The notes beneath the pieces are model-generated. The model did no database searches, was not told the origin of the DNA, and saw only the letters and a program-made list of their open reading frames with translations. A stretch of DNA of 64,000 bases from Nitrospirota bacterium (lineage in GTDB: Bacteria > Nitrospirota > UBA9217), in contig OY760142.1 in assembly GCA_963663225.1 (NCBI GenBank), forward strand, positions 64,001 to 128,000, read 5' to 3'. The position numbers and the translations under genes are program-made. This document shows positions 49,003-59,740 of this stretch, piece by piece; positions within the stretch are counted from its first letter, which is position 1; each line of letters opens with the position of its first letter.

Positions 49003-49613
49003 GTGTCGATCCCCATCCCTGTGGCGCAGGATACTTCGAATACTTTGAGTGCAGGATTCAGCGCGAGTGAGTCATTCCGCATTTTATTGATATCTGTTTT
49101 CATATACGGCAGCAGGTCGACTTTGTTCAGCACCAGCGCCTTTGATTCGCGAAACATGAGTGGGTATTTCAGAGGTTTGTCATGTCCCTCCGCCACGGAA
49201 AGCACCATGATTTTCATGTCTTCCCCTACGTTGAACTCGGCGGGGCAGACCAAGTTTCCCACATTTTCGATGATCAGCATGTCCAGGGATTTGAGCGGAA
49301 GCTCTGAAAGGACTTCGCTGATCATGTTTGCATCAAGATGACAGGCCCCTCCCGTGTTAATCTGCACGACCGGGATATCGAGGGCGCCGATGCGTTCCGC
49401 ATCATCCGTCCCCACAATGTCGCCTTCAATAACACCGATTCTCAGATGGGGCTTGAGGGCTTGAATGGTTTTTTCCAGAAGGGTCGTTTTTCCCGCGCCG
49501 GGGGCTCCCATAAGGTTCACGACATAGAGTCCCGCTTCCTGGAATTTTTTACGGTTTTCCTCGGCAATCCGGTCATTTGCCTCAAGTATCCGGGCAACAA
49601 CTTTTACTTTCAT
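48969..49613 (-). CDS. hypB: Hydrogenase nickel GTPase HypB
   Basis: GAGKTTL, GGACHLDA, ENVGNLVCPA, KPLKYP, NKVDL. Confidence 0.97.
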   Translation of the reverse strand: MKVKVVARILEANDRIAEENRKKFQEAGLYVVNLMGAPGAGKTTLLEKTIQALKPHLRIGVIEGDIVGTDDAERIGALDIPVVQINTGGACHLDANMISEVLSELPLKSLDMLIIENVGNLVCPAEFNVGEDMKIMVLSVAEGHDKPLKYPLMFRESKALVLNKVDLLPYMKTDINKMRNDSLALNPALKVFEVSCATGMGIDTWAQWLAGLKS

Positions 49614-50152
49614 CAGCTTATCTCCATGGAGACGATCTCCATCTCTCGGCCTTTATTGATTTCAAATGTCGTGGATCCGCAGTGAGGACAGGCCAAAACG
49701 TAGGGAGCGTCGTGTGATTCGAATTCCTTCTTGCAGGACTGGCAGATTCCTCCGACAGGAACAATTTCAAAAATCAGCTTCGCGTTGCTCGCGATGGTGT
49801 TCTCTTTCAATGCGTTGAAAGCAAACTCGAGCGACTCTGGCAGCACTCCGCTCGCCTTTCCGAGCCTGACGGTGACACTGTCCACCGACTTGCAGCCGCG
49901 TTCCCTGCATTGATCCTGGGCAATGTCCACAATATTGATGGCTAATGACGATTCGTGCATAAATTCACCTGCATGTACGGATTCAGCCGATATTTTTTGG
50001 ATTGCAAATCCAGCGTGCACAAGAACGAAATCGCCGATCTTCGGAGTTTCGGCAAGAAGCTTGAGGCTCACTTCCTTCCTTGCGCCGAAAACGTCAATCA
50101 TGGCAATTTCGTTATTGACTGAAATAACTCGTGAGGGTACTGCAAGACACAT
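49613..50152 (-). CDS. HypC-HypA fusion protein
   Basis: MCLAVP...GDFVLVHAGFAI (HypC) in frame with MHESSLA...CQSC...CPHC...GREM (HypA). Confidence 0.9.
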   Translation of the reverse strand: MCLAVPSRVISVNNEIAMIDVFGARKEVSLKLLAETPKIGDFVLVHAGFAIQKISAESVHAGEFMHESSLAINIVDIAQDQCRERGCKSVDSVTVRLGKASGVLPESLEFAFNALKENTIASNAKLIFEIVPVGGICQSCKKEFESHDAPYVLACPHCGSTTFEINKGREMEIVSMEIS

Positions 50153-50335
50153 AGACTGTATCACGTTCCTTTCTTTTTACTACTACGATGAAGGCCCAAA
50201 AACAGGCCAGCTTTTCTTTATCCCATATTTCGCCTGCCATGTCAAGGCTAAACTCCTTGATAATCAGCTAAATGCGCGGGGACGGCTGCAAAAAGCGGGT
50301 GTGAACCGGGCAGGGAGAAAGAGAGTTTCGAGTAT

Positions 50336-51181
50336 TTATTCTGGTGATCGCACCAGCGTTTTAGACTTGGCAAACACCCAGGCAACGCCGAATCCCGCCA
50401 TAAAGGACTGTTTGGTCCTCATCAGCGGGCTGTTGTCAAATACAGCTCCGGACAATTCATCATAGCTTGCAAACGCGCCGAACCAGACATGGTCAAACCG
50501 TTTGGTCACTGCCATGACAAGCTGTGAACCGCTGTATCCCCCCTTTGCCCGATATGCCGGGCGAAAACCGGGAACAGCCTGATAATCCTGTACCCCGTAA
50601 TAGTATTCATGATATTCCTGTGTCGCAAAAATCGGACCGAATGCAAACCCGTAAATCCATCCCCGGGCCGGAAAATTCTTGAAATCAACGTTTATCTGCG
50701 GCTGAGTGACAATGCCGATGCCTTTGACGTGGGACAAGTCCGTTGCAGCCGCTACAACCGCGCGGACAGGAAGTCGAAAATGCACCACGGTATCTGCAGA
50801 ACAATCACTCACCAGACAAATTTCAAGCTTGGGGCCGATCTGAAATGTGGGGTCAAGATCAGGCATCCCGCTTCGTGCTGTATTATGGTCGCTTTTTACC
50901 GGCACTCCGCCGTCGGCGCTGATATTCAGATGCACACGATCAGACCGGAAAAGCAGGCCGTAGATTCCCTTGCGGTCGACCCGCAGAACATCTCCTCGAT
51001 AAATCAGGTACGGCAACGGCAGTGCATAAAAGCGCTGCTGATTGGAGCCGCGATAATCAGGAATGGTCAGACCGGTTACGCCGATGCCGGCTTCCCATAG
51101 AGGCCGCTCTTCCGCTTTTAGCATGGCTGTAAACAAACATCCGAGCAAGAAGAACGTCAGTAAAATTATCCGTAGTCTCAT
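50336..51181 (-). CDS. MipA/OmpV family outer membrane protein
   Basis: Signal peptide, PLWEAG.G, PDYRGS, PYLIYRG, RSGMPDL, YYGV. Confidence 0.85.
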   Translation of the reverse strand: MRLRIILLTFFLLGCLFTAMLKAEERPLWEAGIGVTGLTIPDYRGSNQQRFYALPLPYLIYRGDVLRVDRKGIYGLLFRSDRVHLNISADGGVPVKSDHNTARSGMPDLDPTFQIGPKLEICLVSDCSADTVVHFRLPVRAVVAAATDLSHVKGIGIVTQPQINVDFKNFPARGWIYGFAFGPIFATQEYHEYYYGVQDYQAVPGFRPAYRAKGGYSGSQLVMAVTKRFDHVWFGAFASYDELSGAVFDNSPLMRTKQSFMAGFGVAWVFAKSKTLVRSPE

Positions 51182-51324
51182 GGCCTCTGGTCAATTCTGT
51201 TTCGTGTAAAAACGCGTTTATGGCACAGTTTGAATCGATCAGGGCCACTGTTATTATGACGATACCTTACCTTATGAGCCCCCGTTTTCGGTTGTAGATG
51301 CTCCCTACCGGAAACGTCTTACTG

Positions 51325-52335
51325 CTAAACCAAGGAAAATTTCAGTTCCCCAAGCTTTTCAATCACACACCGAAGGCTGTCACCCGATTTAAGCCAGATC
51401 TGCTTTTCCGCCGGCATGCCGGAAATAACACCATCAGGCGTCCCGGTAAAAATAATATCTCCGGGCTTCAATGTAAAATACTGCGATACATAGCTGATGG
51501 TGGCGGCAACGCTGAAAATCATATCGTTCGTATTACCTGCCTGGCGCTGCTCTCCATTCACAAAACACTCCAAGTTAAGATTATCGGGAACAGGAATTTG
51601 GTCTGCCGTGACCAGATAGGGGCCAATGGGAGCGAATCCATCCAGGCTTTTACCGATCAGAAACTGGCTTGTTTTGAACTGCAAATCGCGCGCGCTGATG
51701 TCGTTGCCTATACAATATCCGAACACGCAGGACAGGGCGTCCGCTTCGCTGACCTTATACGCTGTTTTGCCAATCACCGCCACCAGTTCAACCTCATAAT
51801 CGAACTTGCTGGCCACATGGACCGGCAGTTTGATCGCACTGTTGTGGCTACTGAGCGCATTATTGAACTTGCTGAACAGCACCGGCGCCGTAGCGGTTAC
51901 CGAACTGAGTTCCTGAGCATGTTTACGGTAATTGAAGCCGAGGCAGATAATCTTTTCCGGATTGGTCACACACGGGCCGCATTCTATTTTGGCTTCGTCG
52001 AGAAACAGACTTTTAGACGCTTTGCTTGCAAGCGCAGTCTGTACCAGTGCGGTCAGTCCCTGATCACCGCCTTTGATTATGGCGTGGATATCAGCCGGCA
52101 CTTTCTTCCTGAACAGTTTGGACGCGGCCTGCACATCAAAAATGCCTTTTTCTGTTTTTACTCCCAGACTATATTCTCCGTTTTTGGCGATGGTCAGAAA
52201 GGTCATGTTCTTCGGCTGCTCGGCTGAGACAGTTTTAGCTTTCGCTCTAAGATTCTTGGATTTCAGAGGTTTTTTCCGCAGCTTGACGCTTTTGGCTTTT
52301 GCCGCAGTTTTTTTCTTTTTCCGATTATTTTTCAT
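51325..52335 (-). CDS. Fumarylacetoacetate hydrolase family protein with Lys-rich N-extension
   Basis: KIICLGFNY..H, DYEVEL, NDISARDLQ, GKSLD, PGDIIFTGTP.GV. Confidence 0.92.
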   Translation of the reverse strand: MKNNRKKKKTAAKAKSVKLRKKPLKSKNLRAKAKTVSAEQPKNMTFLTIAKNGEYSLGVKTEKGIFDVQAASKLFRKKVPADIHAIIKGGDQGLTALVQTALASKASKSLFLDEAKIECGPCVTNPEKIICLGFNYRKHAQELSSVTATAPVLFSKFNNALSSHNSAIKLPVHVASKFDYEVELVAVIGKTAYKVSEADALSCVFGYCIGNDISARDLQFKTSQFLIGKSLDGFAPIGPYLVTADQIPVPDNLNLECFVNGEQRQAGNTNDMIFSVAATISYVSQYFTLKPGDIIFTGTPDGVISGMPAEKQIWLKSGDSLRCVIEKLGELKFSLV

Positions 52336-52535
52336 GGATCATCTCCTTCAGTATACAGATTAAAACTAACTGCTTGTGCCTTATAGATTAACAATCAGGC
52401 TCAAGCCGTCGATTGTCAGGAAAAACTGAACCTGACCTGAATATCCGCGTGCTTTCGGAAATTTAGCACAAGAGATTATGATTGGCAATACAATTTTCCG
52501 TCATGACAGTGCAAGATAGCTCCATCAGGTACGAA

Positions 52536-53411
52536 TCAGGTCCTAGATTTGCCTTCAACACGAAGCCGTGCATGCACTACCAGGTAGCCGGAAAGAATGA
52601 TCAGAAGACCGCCGAACAGGGCGACAAGGGAAGGAACTTCGGACAAGAAAAAAAATGCCAGCGGAATCGCAGCCAGCGGCTCGATGTAGCCCAGGATAGC
52701 AGCATGCTGAGCCAGAACGCGCCGGAGCGCGGAGAAATACATAAGCGGTGCTGTCGTGGAATGGAAAATTCCTGTGATCAGCAAAAGAATGAATGTTCTG
52801 GTATTCAAAGCATAGTCCATGGCAAAGACCGCGGGCGCGGTTGCAAAAACAGTGATCCAGAGCAGCATGAGAACGGCCTTTTGGTCCAAAGACAATTGTC
52901 CAACGCGTCGTGTAATCAGAATGATCAATGCATAGGCAATACCCGAAACCGTACCCGCGATGATCCCGGGCATATGGGCGCTGTCGAGAGCCAGCCCGCC
53001 ATTGGAGAGAATAATGAGAACCATTCCGATTACCGCCACAGGCAGAGAAATGAGTGTGACCTTTTGCAGATGTTCCGTTATGAGCAGCGGAGCAAGAACG
53101 GCGACGAATATTGGTGCGGTGTAATGTGTGAACACGGCATTTGACACGCTCGTATGAGCGAGTGCGTAAAAATACGTGATATTGTTCACCAGAGACGCCA
53201 GCGCAAGACCGACAAAAAGGTGCCAGTATTTCAGACTGAACATCTGCGGAGGAAAACCGCCCCTGACCGCGAGCACAAGAGGAACGAGGATACCGGCAAA
53301 CAGGGAAGTATAGAAGAGAACAACAACAGGCGGAAGATTAAGCCAGCGGATCATGGGGCCCCAGGTGCTCCAGATCAGCATGGCGGCGATAATTTTGAGG
53401 TAGGATCTCAT
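52536..53411 (-). CDS. DMT/EamA family transporter
   Basis: About ten TM segments; YTAPIFV, YIEPL. Confidence 0.88.
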   Translation of the reverse strand: MRSYLKIIAAMLIWSTWGPMIRWLNLPPVVVLFYTSLFAGILVPLVLAVRGGFPPQMFSLKYWHLFVGLALASLVNNITYFYALAHTSVSNAVFTHYTAPIFVAVLAPLLITEHLQKVTLISLPVAVIGMVLIILSNGGLALDSAHMPGIIAGTVSGIAYALIILITRRVGQLSLDQKAVLMLLWITVFATAPAVFAMDYALNTRTFILLLITGIFHSTTAPLMYFSALRRVLAQHAAILGYIEPLAAIPLAFFFLSEVPSLVALFGGLLIILSGYLVVHARLRVEGKSRT

Positions 53412-53421
53412 GGTTGAAATG

Positions 53422-53521
53422 CAGAAGCCAGAAGTCAGAAAACAGAATATGATTCCGAATTCTCTTTCAAACCTCTGGCTCCTGCCTATTATCTTCTGAC
53501 TACATACAGCCTACATACAGC
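53422..53521. repeat. Short tandem repeats: (CAGAANN)x4 and (CTACATACAGC)x2
   Basis: cagaagc-cagaagt-cagaaaa-cagaata at 53422-53449; perfect 11-mer duplication at 53500-53521. Confidence 0.65.
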
Positions 53522-53525
53522 CCGC

Positions 53526-54932
53526 TTAGTAGCGGTAGTGTCCGGACTTGTACGGACCTTCCTTGGGTACGCCGATATAAGCAGCCTGCTGATCGGTCAG
53601 TGTGGTCAGCTGTGCGTTCAGTTTCTTCAGTTGCAGGCGTGCAACTTTCTCATCCAAGTGCTTCGGCAGCGTGTACACACCCACCGGATACTTGTCAGCC
53701 TGCGAAAACAGCTCGATCTGGGCAATGGTCTGATTGGCGAAGGAGGACGACATCACATACGACGGGTGGCCGGTGGCGCAGCCGAGGTTTACCAAACGGC
53801 CTTTGGCCAGCAGGATGATGCGTTTCTTGTCTGGGAAGATGATATGGTCGACCTGCGGTTTGATTTCCTCCCACTGGTATTTCTCCAGCGAGGCAACATC
53901 GATTTCGGAATCGAAATGGCCGATGTTGCAGACGATGGCCTGGTCCTTCATCTTCGCCATGTGGTCATGCGTGATGACATGATAGTTCCCGGTGGCGGTG
54001 ACAAAGATATCGGCCTTGTCGCAGGCGTAGTCCATGGTCACCACGCGGTAGCCTTCCATCGACGCCTGGAGCGCGCAGATCGGATCGATCTCGGTGACCC
54101 AGACCTGGGCCGACAGCGCGCGCAGAGCCTGCGCAGAACCCTTGCCGACGTCGCCGTAACCGCAGACCACGGCGATCTTGCCGGCGACCATCACGTCGGT
54201 GGCGCGCTTGATGCCGTCCACCAGCGATTCGCGGCAGCCGTAGAGGTTATCGAATTTCGATTTTGTGACCGAGTCGTTGACGTTGATCGCGGGAATTTTT
54301 AGTTCACCCTTCTCGTGCATCTGGTAGAGGCGATGCACGCCGGTGGTGGTTTCCTCGGTGACACCTTTAATCTTGGCAAGACGCGTCGAGTACCACTTCG
54401 AATCCTGCTTGAGCTTGGCCTTGATGGCGGCGTATAAGACAGTTGCTTCTTCGCTGTCCGGCTTATCAAGCACCGATATGTCCTTCTCGGCCTTGCTGCC
54501 GAGGTGCAGCAGCAGCGTGGCGTCGCCGCCGTCGTCGAGGATCATGTTCGAGTAGCCGCCGTCCGGCCATTCGAAGATGCGGTGCGTGTAGTCCCAGTAG
54601 TCCTTGAGCGACTCGCCCTTGACAGCGAAGACGGCAACACCGTCCTTGGCAATGGCCGCAGCCGCGTGGTCCTGAGTCGAGAAAATGTTGCACGAAGCCC
54701 AGCGGACTTCCGCGCCAAGCGCCTGCAGCGTCTCGATCAGCACGGCGGTCTGGATGGTCATGTGCAGCGAACCGGTGATGCGCGCGCCCTTCAGCGGCTG
54801 GCTCTTGGCGTATTCCTCGCGGATCGCCATCAGGCCGGGCATTTCGGTCTCGGCGATCCTGATCTCCTTGCGGCCCCACGAGGCCAGGTTGATGTCGGCG
54901 ACAATGTAATCTTTTGTAGTGGCAGTAGACAT
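53526..54932 (-). CDS. ahcY: Adenosylhomocysteinase
   Basis: [45 protein letters not shown]; ATG at 54932 after GGAGG. Confidence 0.98.
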   Translation of the reverse strand: MSTATTKDYIVADINLASWGRKEIRIAETEMPGLMAIREEYAKSQPLKGARITGSLHMTIQTAVLIETLQALGAEVRWASCNIFSTQDHAAAAIAKDGVAVFAVKGESLKDYWDYTHRIFEWPDGGYSNMILDDGGDATLLLHLGSKAEKDISVLDKPDSEEATVLYAAIKAKLKQDSKWYSTRLAKIKGVTEETTTGVHRLYQMHEKGELKIPAINVNDSVTKSKFDNLYGCRESLVDGIKRATDVMVAGKIAVVCGYGDVGKGSAQALRALSAQVWVTEIDPICALQASMEGYRVVTMDYACDKADIFVTATGNYHVITHDHMAKMKDQAIVCNIGHFDSEIDVASLEKYQWEEIKPQVDHIIFPDKKRIILLAKGRLVNLGCATGHPSYVMSSSFANQTIAQIELFSQADKYPVGVYTLPKHLDEKVARLQLKKLNAQLTTLTDQQAAYIGVPKEGPYKSGHYRY

Positions 54933-54954
54933 AAAGCCCTCCATTCATGTTAGT

Positions 54955-55042
54955 GAATGGGCGCCGTTGCTGCATATCGAACCACCCCATCGAGCCTGAC
55001 AGACTCACCTTGCGGTGACTGCTGCAGCGCCCCTCAACGGGG
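54955..55042 (-). ncRNA. SAH riboswitch
   Basis: Minus strand GAGGGGCGCTGC...CAGGCTCGA...AACGGCGCCC pseudoknot consensus directly 5' of ahcY. Confidence 0.88.
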
Positions 55043-55105
55043 TTAGTTGATGTTTAAATTATAATCCGCTCTTTGCGGCCGAATCGTATACGGCACACAA
55101 TGTTA

Positions 55106-55131
55106 AGGGCAGCCACACAGGGCTGCCCTAC
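55106..55131 (-). repeat. GTAG-type REP-like hairpin
   Basis: Minus strand GTA-GGGCAGCC-CTGTGT-GGCTGCCC; may also act as a terminator. Confidence 0.55.
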
Positions 55132-55196
55132 ATTTTTTTCGTACCACTCACGCATAGTCCGGATGTTATCGGCAACCCAAATTGCGAAACCAGCTA

Positions 55197-56357
55197 TTAC
55201 TTCAATCCTGCGTCTTTCTTGAGCGCTTCCGCTTTGTCGGTCCTCTCCCAGGTGAATTCAGGTTCGGTCCTGCCAAAGTGTCCGTATGCCGCGGTTTTCT
55301 GGTAAATAGGTCTCCTGAGATCGAGGGTCTTCATGATCCCCCGCGGGGTCATATCGAAATTCTTCCTGATGATCGACTCAAGCTTTTCGTGATCAATCTT
55401 CCCGGTTCCGAAATCATCCACATGGATGGAAACCGGTTCGGCCACGCCGATGGCATAGGCAAGCTGCACTTCAATCTCACCGGCTATGCCTGAAGCCACG
55501 ATATTCTTCGCAACGTAGCGGGCCATGTATGATGCGGAACGGTCAACCTTCGTCGGATCCTTTCCTGAAAAGCATCCGCCGCCGTGGCTTCCCACGCCGC
55601 CGTAGGTGTCCACAATGATCTTGCGGCCCGTAAGACCCGTATCCCCCATGGGACCGCCGGTCACGAACCTGCCCGTGGGATTGATATGATAGATGATGGA
55701 TTTTTCGTCGAGAAGGTTCTTCGGAATCACCGGAAGTATCACTTTTTCAATAATGTCTTTGCGCAAATCCTTGAGGTCCACGTCCGGGCTGTGTTGGCTC
55801 GAAACCACGATGGTATGGAGCTTGAACGGCTTGCCGTCCCGGTATTCAATCGTCACCTGGGACTTTCCGTCCGGCCTTAAATAAGGAAGAATGTCCTGTT
55901 TGCGCACTTCCGAAAGCCGCCGGGTGAGCTTGTGGGCAAGCATGATTGTCATGGGCATGAGTTCAGGCGTCTCATCGCAGGCATAGCCGAACATGAGCCC
56001 CTGGTCGCCGGCCCCGCCCGTGTCTACGCCCATGGCGATATCAGGAGACTGCGAATGGACTGACGTGATCACTGCGCAGGTGTCCGCATCAAAACCGTAT
56101 TTCGCCCGTGTGTATCCGATGTCTCTGATGGTCTTCCGGACGATATCAGGTATCTCCACATATCCTTTTGTGGTGATTTCTCCCGCCACCATGGCAAGAC
56201 CGGTGGTAAGGAGCGTTTCGCACGCCACTCTGCTCATGGGGTCCTGCATGATTAGCGCATCAAGGACCGCATCCGATATCTGATCGGCTATTTTATCTGG
56301 GTGCCCCTCGGTAACCGATTCCGAGGTAAAAAGATAGTTTCTGCTGCAGCTGCTCAT
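55197..56357 (-). CDS. metK: S-adenosylmethionine synthetase
   Basis: [41 protein letters not shown]. Confidence 0.98.
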   Translation of the reverse strand: MSSCSRNYLFTSESVTEGHPDKIADQISDAVLDALIMQDPMSRVACETLLTTGLAMVAGEITTKGYVEIPDIVRKTIRDIGYTRAKYGFDADTCAVITSVHSQSPDIAMGVDTGGAGDQGLMFGYACDETPELMPMTIMLAHKLTRRLSEVRKQDILPYLRPDGKSQVTIEYRDGKPFKLHTIVVSSQHSPDVDLKDLRKDIIEKVILPVIPKNLLDEKSIIYHINPTGRFVTGGPMGDTGLTGRKIIVDTYGGVGSHGGGCFSGKDPTKVDRSASYMARYVAKNIVASGIAGEIEVQLAYAIGVAEPVSIHVDDFGTGKIDHEKLESIIRKNFDMTPRGIMKTLDLRRPIYQKTAAYGHFGRTEPEFTWERTDKAEALKKDAGLK

Positions 56358-56658
56358 GGTATCTCCTCCTGGCCTCTCCGACCATAAAATTTCGCTTTTA
56401 TAACATAGCTGTTGATTTTGTCAAGGGAAAAGAACATTTACGGATTTTGCTCAGATATCGTCTGTAGAAGTGGATAATACCGCTATACAGAACCGATATG
56501 CATTTTTGCACAATACCTGAATAGGAAGGATTTTTCAATGTATTTTTTTGTCCTGTGTTCTTCTTCCTCCCGTCAGAAACACCAGCTGGGAATGCTGTAT
56601 TCGCTGCAACAGCACAACGATAAAAAAGGAACATGCTATTGCCGAATAAGGCCGTTTC

Positions 56659-56856
56659 CTATTCAGCAGTATCCTCTCCTTGCTTTTTCTCTTTCGTTCC
56701 TTCAAACCGGTAGCGCTCTGACGCCCACTCGCCCAGATCGATGAGTTTGCATCGCTCGGAGCAAAACGGCCGAAATGGATTTTCATGCCAGGGCGACTCT
56801 TTTTTACAGATCGGGCAGGGAACCTTTTTTATATTCGGATCGTTCGTCATGGTCAT
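56659..56856 (-). CDS. yacG: DNA gyrase inhibitor YacG
   Basis: CPIC...[16 protein letters not shown]. Confidence 0.93.
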   Translation of the reverse strand: MTMTNDPNIKKVPCPICKKESPWHENPFRPFCSERCKLIDLGEWASERYRFEGTKEKKQGEDTAE

Positions 56857-57524
56857 TTCAAAATTTTGTACGCAATCGGGACTTCGATCCAGCCATTCAC
56901 ATGCGGCAGCGGACCTGAGTGGTAGACTGTATTTACGGTTGCTGAATCCAGTATCGTTGATCCAGAGCTTTTTAAAACTTCCACGCGGTCCGCGTTTCCG
57001 GAAGGAAGTATCCTGAACCGGACCCGCACGACCCCTTCGATCCCCCGTTCACGCGCAATGCGGGGATATGTTTTCGCCCGCTCCAGCGCCGCCTGGATCA
57101 ACTGCCATTGATCAGGCGACAGGACACCAGGCCGGGAGCCCGGCTCACCGCCGGCGTCTTGCGGCATTGTCTTTGTATTTGAAGCTCCATCATTGTTCCG
57201 CAGCGTGCCCGGCGCAGGCGCTTTTGCTGCGGTTACCGCGGGCTGCAATTCATGAGTATCAGATGTATCAACTCTTTGTAGCGGCCCGGACTCGCGTACT
57301 GCGGCAGACGGTGGCCTTGACTGAATGTTCCGGGATCGGGATGCGGTCTGCACAATTTTTCCGGCAATCTGATCTGCCCCTACGAGCGTCACCGTAATCA
57401 CATTGGATTTCCCGAGCAGATGCCCGTAGTGCGCGAATGCCAGCGCGCTGCCGAACAGCAGAATATGTATTCCGAGAGAAGCAATGAGTGAGCGCTGAAA
57501 TGTCATAGAATTTACTTTTAACAT
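56853..57524 (-). CDS. tonB: TonB energy transducer
   Basis: TM with [22 protein letters not shown]. Confidence 0.88.
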   Translation of the reverse strand: MLKVNSMTFQRSLIASLGIHILLFGSALAFAHYGHLLGKSNVITVTLVGADQIAGKIVQTASRSRNIQSRPPSAAVRESGPLQRVDTSDTHELQPAVTAAKAPAPGTLRNNDGASNTKTMPQDAGGEPGSRPGVLSPDQWQLIQAALERAKTYPRIARERGIEGVVRVRFRILPSGNADRVEVLKSSGSTILDSATVNTVYHSGPLPHVNGWIEVPIAYKILK

Positions 57525-57605
57525 TATAGCCTGCAGACTGTTTTTAGCAGTCCCGGGTGAAAATGTCTTCCCGCACGATTCGTGCGGGAAGACCTATAGC
57601 CTGTT

Positions 57606-59474
57606 CTAGAATCTGACTGTCAACCCTCCATACACCTCCGTAGGTGGCATGGGATATCCTGCGGAGACGTTGTAGGACCGATTGGTAATGTTTTTGATTC
57701 CTGCGAACAAATCGGCCTTGGCATACTTCCACAATTCAACTGGTTGAAGAATCTTCATGTCCAGCACGCCGTAGTGGCTCGTCGGGTTTGATGTCCCGAG
57801 TGATTGGACCCAGTAGTTTCTGACGTATCTGCCTTCAAGATAAATATTTGTCTTAACCTTCGGGACCGTATAGCTGATATAGCTTTTAATCTGTTCCGCG
57901 GGCGCACCGGCAACATAGTCTCCCGTGTCCAAGTCCCGTGTGTCCATTCCCGTATAATTGACTCCCCACACCAGTGCGTCAAAGAACGTGGCTTTTGCTT
58001 CCGCTTCGAATCCCGTGATACGCGCCCTGCTGAAGTTTGTCGGTTTGTAAACAAAATTATTGTCCGGCATCCAGACGATCAGGTTCCTTGCATGGCGTTC
58101 AAAAACCGTGAACTTGATTGAACGGCCTTTTCCCAGCGGCTGCTCAATCCCTCCTTCATACTCCGCTGACTTCTCAGGCTTGAGGTCGGGGTTCCCGGCT
58201 GTCCAAGGCGTGGCCGGCCAGTACAAATCGTTGAACGTAGGCGCCCGGTATGATTCTCCGGCAGAGGCCCTGATGATTGTCCCGGTGGGGCCTACAAGAT
58301 AACGGGCGCTCGCCTTCGGGCTGAAATTGTCCCCGAAGACCGAATGGTTGTCATATCTGCCGCCTACAACGAGAATGAATGCATCTCCGATTGAAATCTC
58401 ATCCTGAAGGTACAGCGCGCGCTGCGATGCGGAGTGTTCTCCCAAAGAACCCTGCAGGGGGTCCTGGCTGTCCACATGATCAGCATGAACTTCCCCTCCC
58501 ACGGTCAGAACATTTGACAGGAACGACAGAGGGGCCGTACGCCAGTTCGTCTGCAGTTCCGAGTTTATTCCGGATAGGATGTGCTTGCTGTCATCACTGA
58601 ACGGGTTCTTGAACAGCATTTTGTTCCGGTACATGTTCAGCGTTGCCCGCATATCCATATCTTTTGTAAAGGCGCTCCGGAAGGTAAGCCCCATGTCCGC
58701 GTTCCGGTCCCATTGCCGTGCTAAGGGAGTCAGGTACGTTAAGGAACCCGGCGCTCCGTTCTCCTTTTCTATATAATTCGCGGCAAGCTCAAGCGATGTA
58801 TTCGTCGAAAAGTCATACCCGATCTTCCCGCTCGTTGCTGTTTTGTCATAATCGCTGTTTACGCGATACCCGCCTGCTTTCTCCTTGTTCGCAGAGATGT
58901 TGTAGTAAAAATTTCCGATTTTGCTTCCATTCCCTGCACCGAGGGTCCAGTAGCCGTGACTGCCGCCAGCGCTGGTTATGGATGATTCCAATCCGGTCGG
59001 TTTTTTGGTTATAATATTGATCACACCGCCGAGCGCATCCGCGCCGTACAGGGCCGACGACGGGCCGCGCACAATCTCTATCCGCTCGATATTCTCAACC
59101 GGCACCGGCAGAATGTTCAAATCAAATCCGCCCGACTGCGACGAATTCAGCCGCCTGCCGTCCAGAAGCACCAGAACCTGCGAAACCGTGGAGCCGCGCA
59201 AACTGACTTCAACCGCGGAACCCGGCGTGCCGTTGTCATGCACATCAGCGCTTGCGGTCCGCTCTATTACCTGTGCCGCGGTCGTTGCCCCGGATTTTCT
59301 GATTTCATCGGCAGTGATCACCGTGACCGACTGCGTAACATCCTGCAAGTTCTTTTCCGTCTTTGTTGCGGTAACGACAATTTCTTTCAGCTGCGTGCCG
59401 GCCTCTTCCGCCAAAACCATGGGCGGACAGAGCATCAGGCCGCACAGCACGGCTGCTGCGAAACGACTGTTCAT
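57606..59474 (-). CDS. btuB: TonB-dependent cobalamin receptor (BtuB-like)
   Basis: TonB box IVVTAT, IERIEIVRGPSSALYG, C-terminal F; cobalamin riboswitch upstream. Confidence 0.88.
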   Translation of the reverse strand: MNSRFAAAVLCGLMLCPPMVLAEEAGTQLKEIVVTATKTEKNLQDVTQSVTVITADEIRKSGATTAAQVIERTASADVHDNGTPGSAVEVSLRGSTVSQVLVLLDGRRLNSSQSGGFDLNILPVPVENIERIEIVRGPSSALYGADALGGVINIITKKPTGLESSITSAGGSHGYWTLGAGNGSKIGNFYYNISANKEKAGGYRVNSDYDKTATSGKIGYDFSTNTSLELAANYIEKENGAPGSLTYLTPLARQWDRNADMGLTFRSAFTKDMDMRATLNMYRNKMLFKNPFSDDSKHILSGINSELQTNWRTAPLSFLSNVLTVGGEVHADHVDSQDPLQGSLGEHSASQRALYLQDEISIGDAFILVVGGRYDNHSVFGDNFSPKASARYLVGPTGTIIRASAGESYRAPTFNDLYWPATPWTAGNPDLKPEKSAEYEGGIEQPLGKGRSIKFTVFERHARNLIVWMPDNNFVYKPTNFSRARITGFEAEAKATFFDALVWGVNYTGMDTRDLDTGDYVAGAPAEQIKSYISYTVPKVKTNIYLEGRYVRNYWVQSLGTSNPTSHYGVLDMKILQPVELWKYAKADLFAGIKNITNRSYNVSAGYPMPPTEVYGGLTVRF

Positions 59475-59502
59475 TATTGTTATCTCCTTCCGTCGAGGTT
59501 GT

Positions 59503-59648
59503 GGGAATGCGAGGTTTCCTGGCTTCGGACTTCCTACTTGCCGGCCTTCCCATCCGGACTTTTCCGGACAGTGGCACGCTCGGCGTTCGTTTCCTTCACA
59601 GTTGCGCGACAGCAGGGGAATTGCACCCCTTTCCGCTCCAGCATTCCC
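59503..59648 (-). ncRNA. Cobalamin riboswitch (variant core)
   Basis: P1 GGGAATGC/GCATTCCC; GGTGCAATTCC, GCAACTGT, GCCACTG, GGGAAGG, AGCCAGGAAACC. Confidence 0.88.
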
Positions 59649-59740
59649 AGGGTTATAAATAGCTGCTTACCGTCATCGTGTTTTTCCTTTATTCTCTCCT
59701 TTGGCCGCTCACCTCCCTTCAAGATTGTGCGAAAACATCT

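Noticed and set aside
56398-56634. ORF between yacG and metK
   Set aside because: Overlaps the probable metK promoter (TTGACA at 56419-56424, minus strand) and has no protein-like features.
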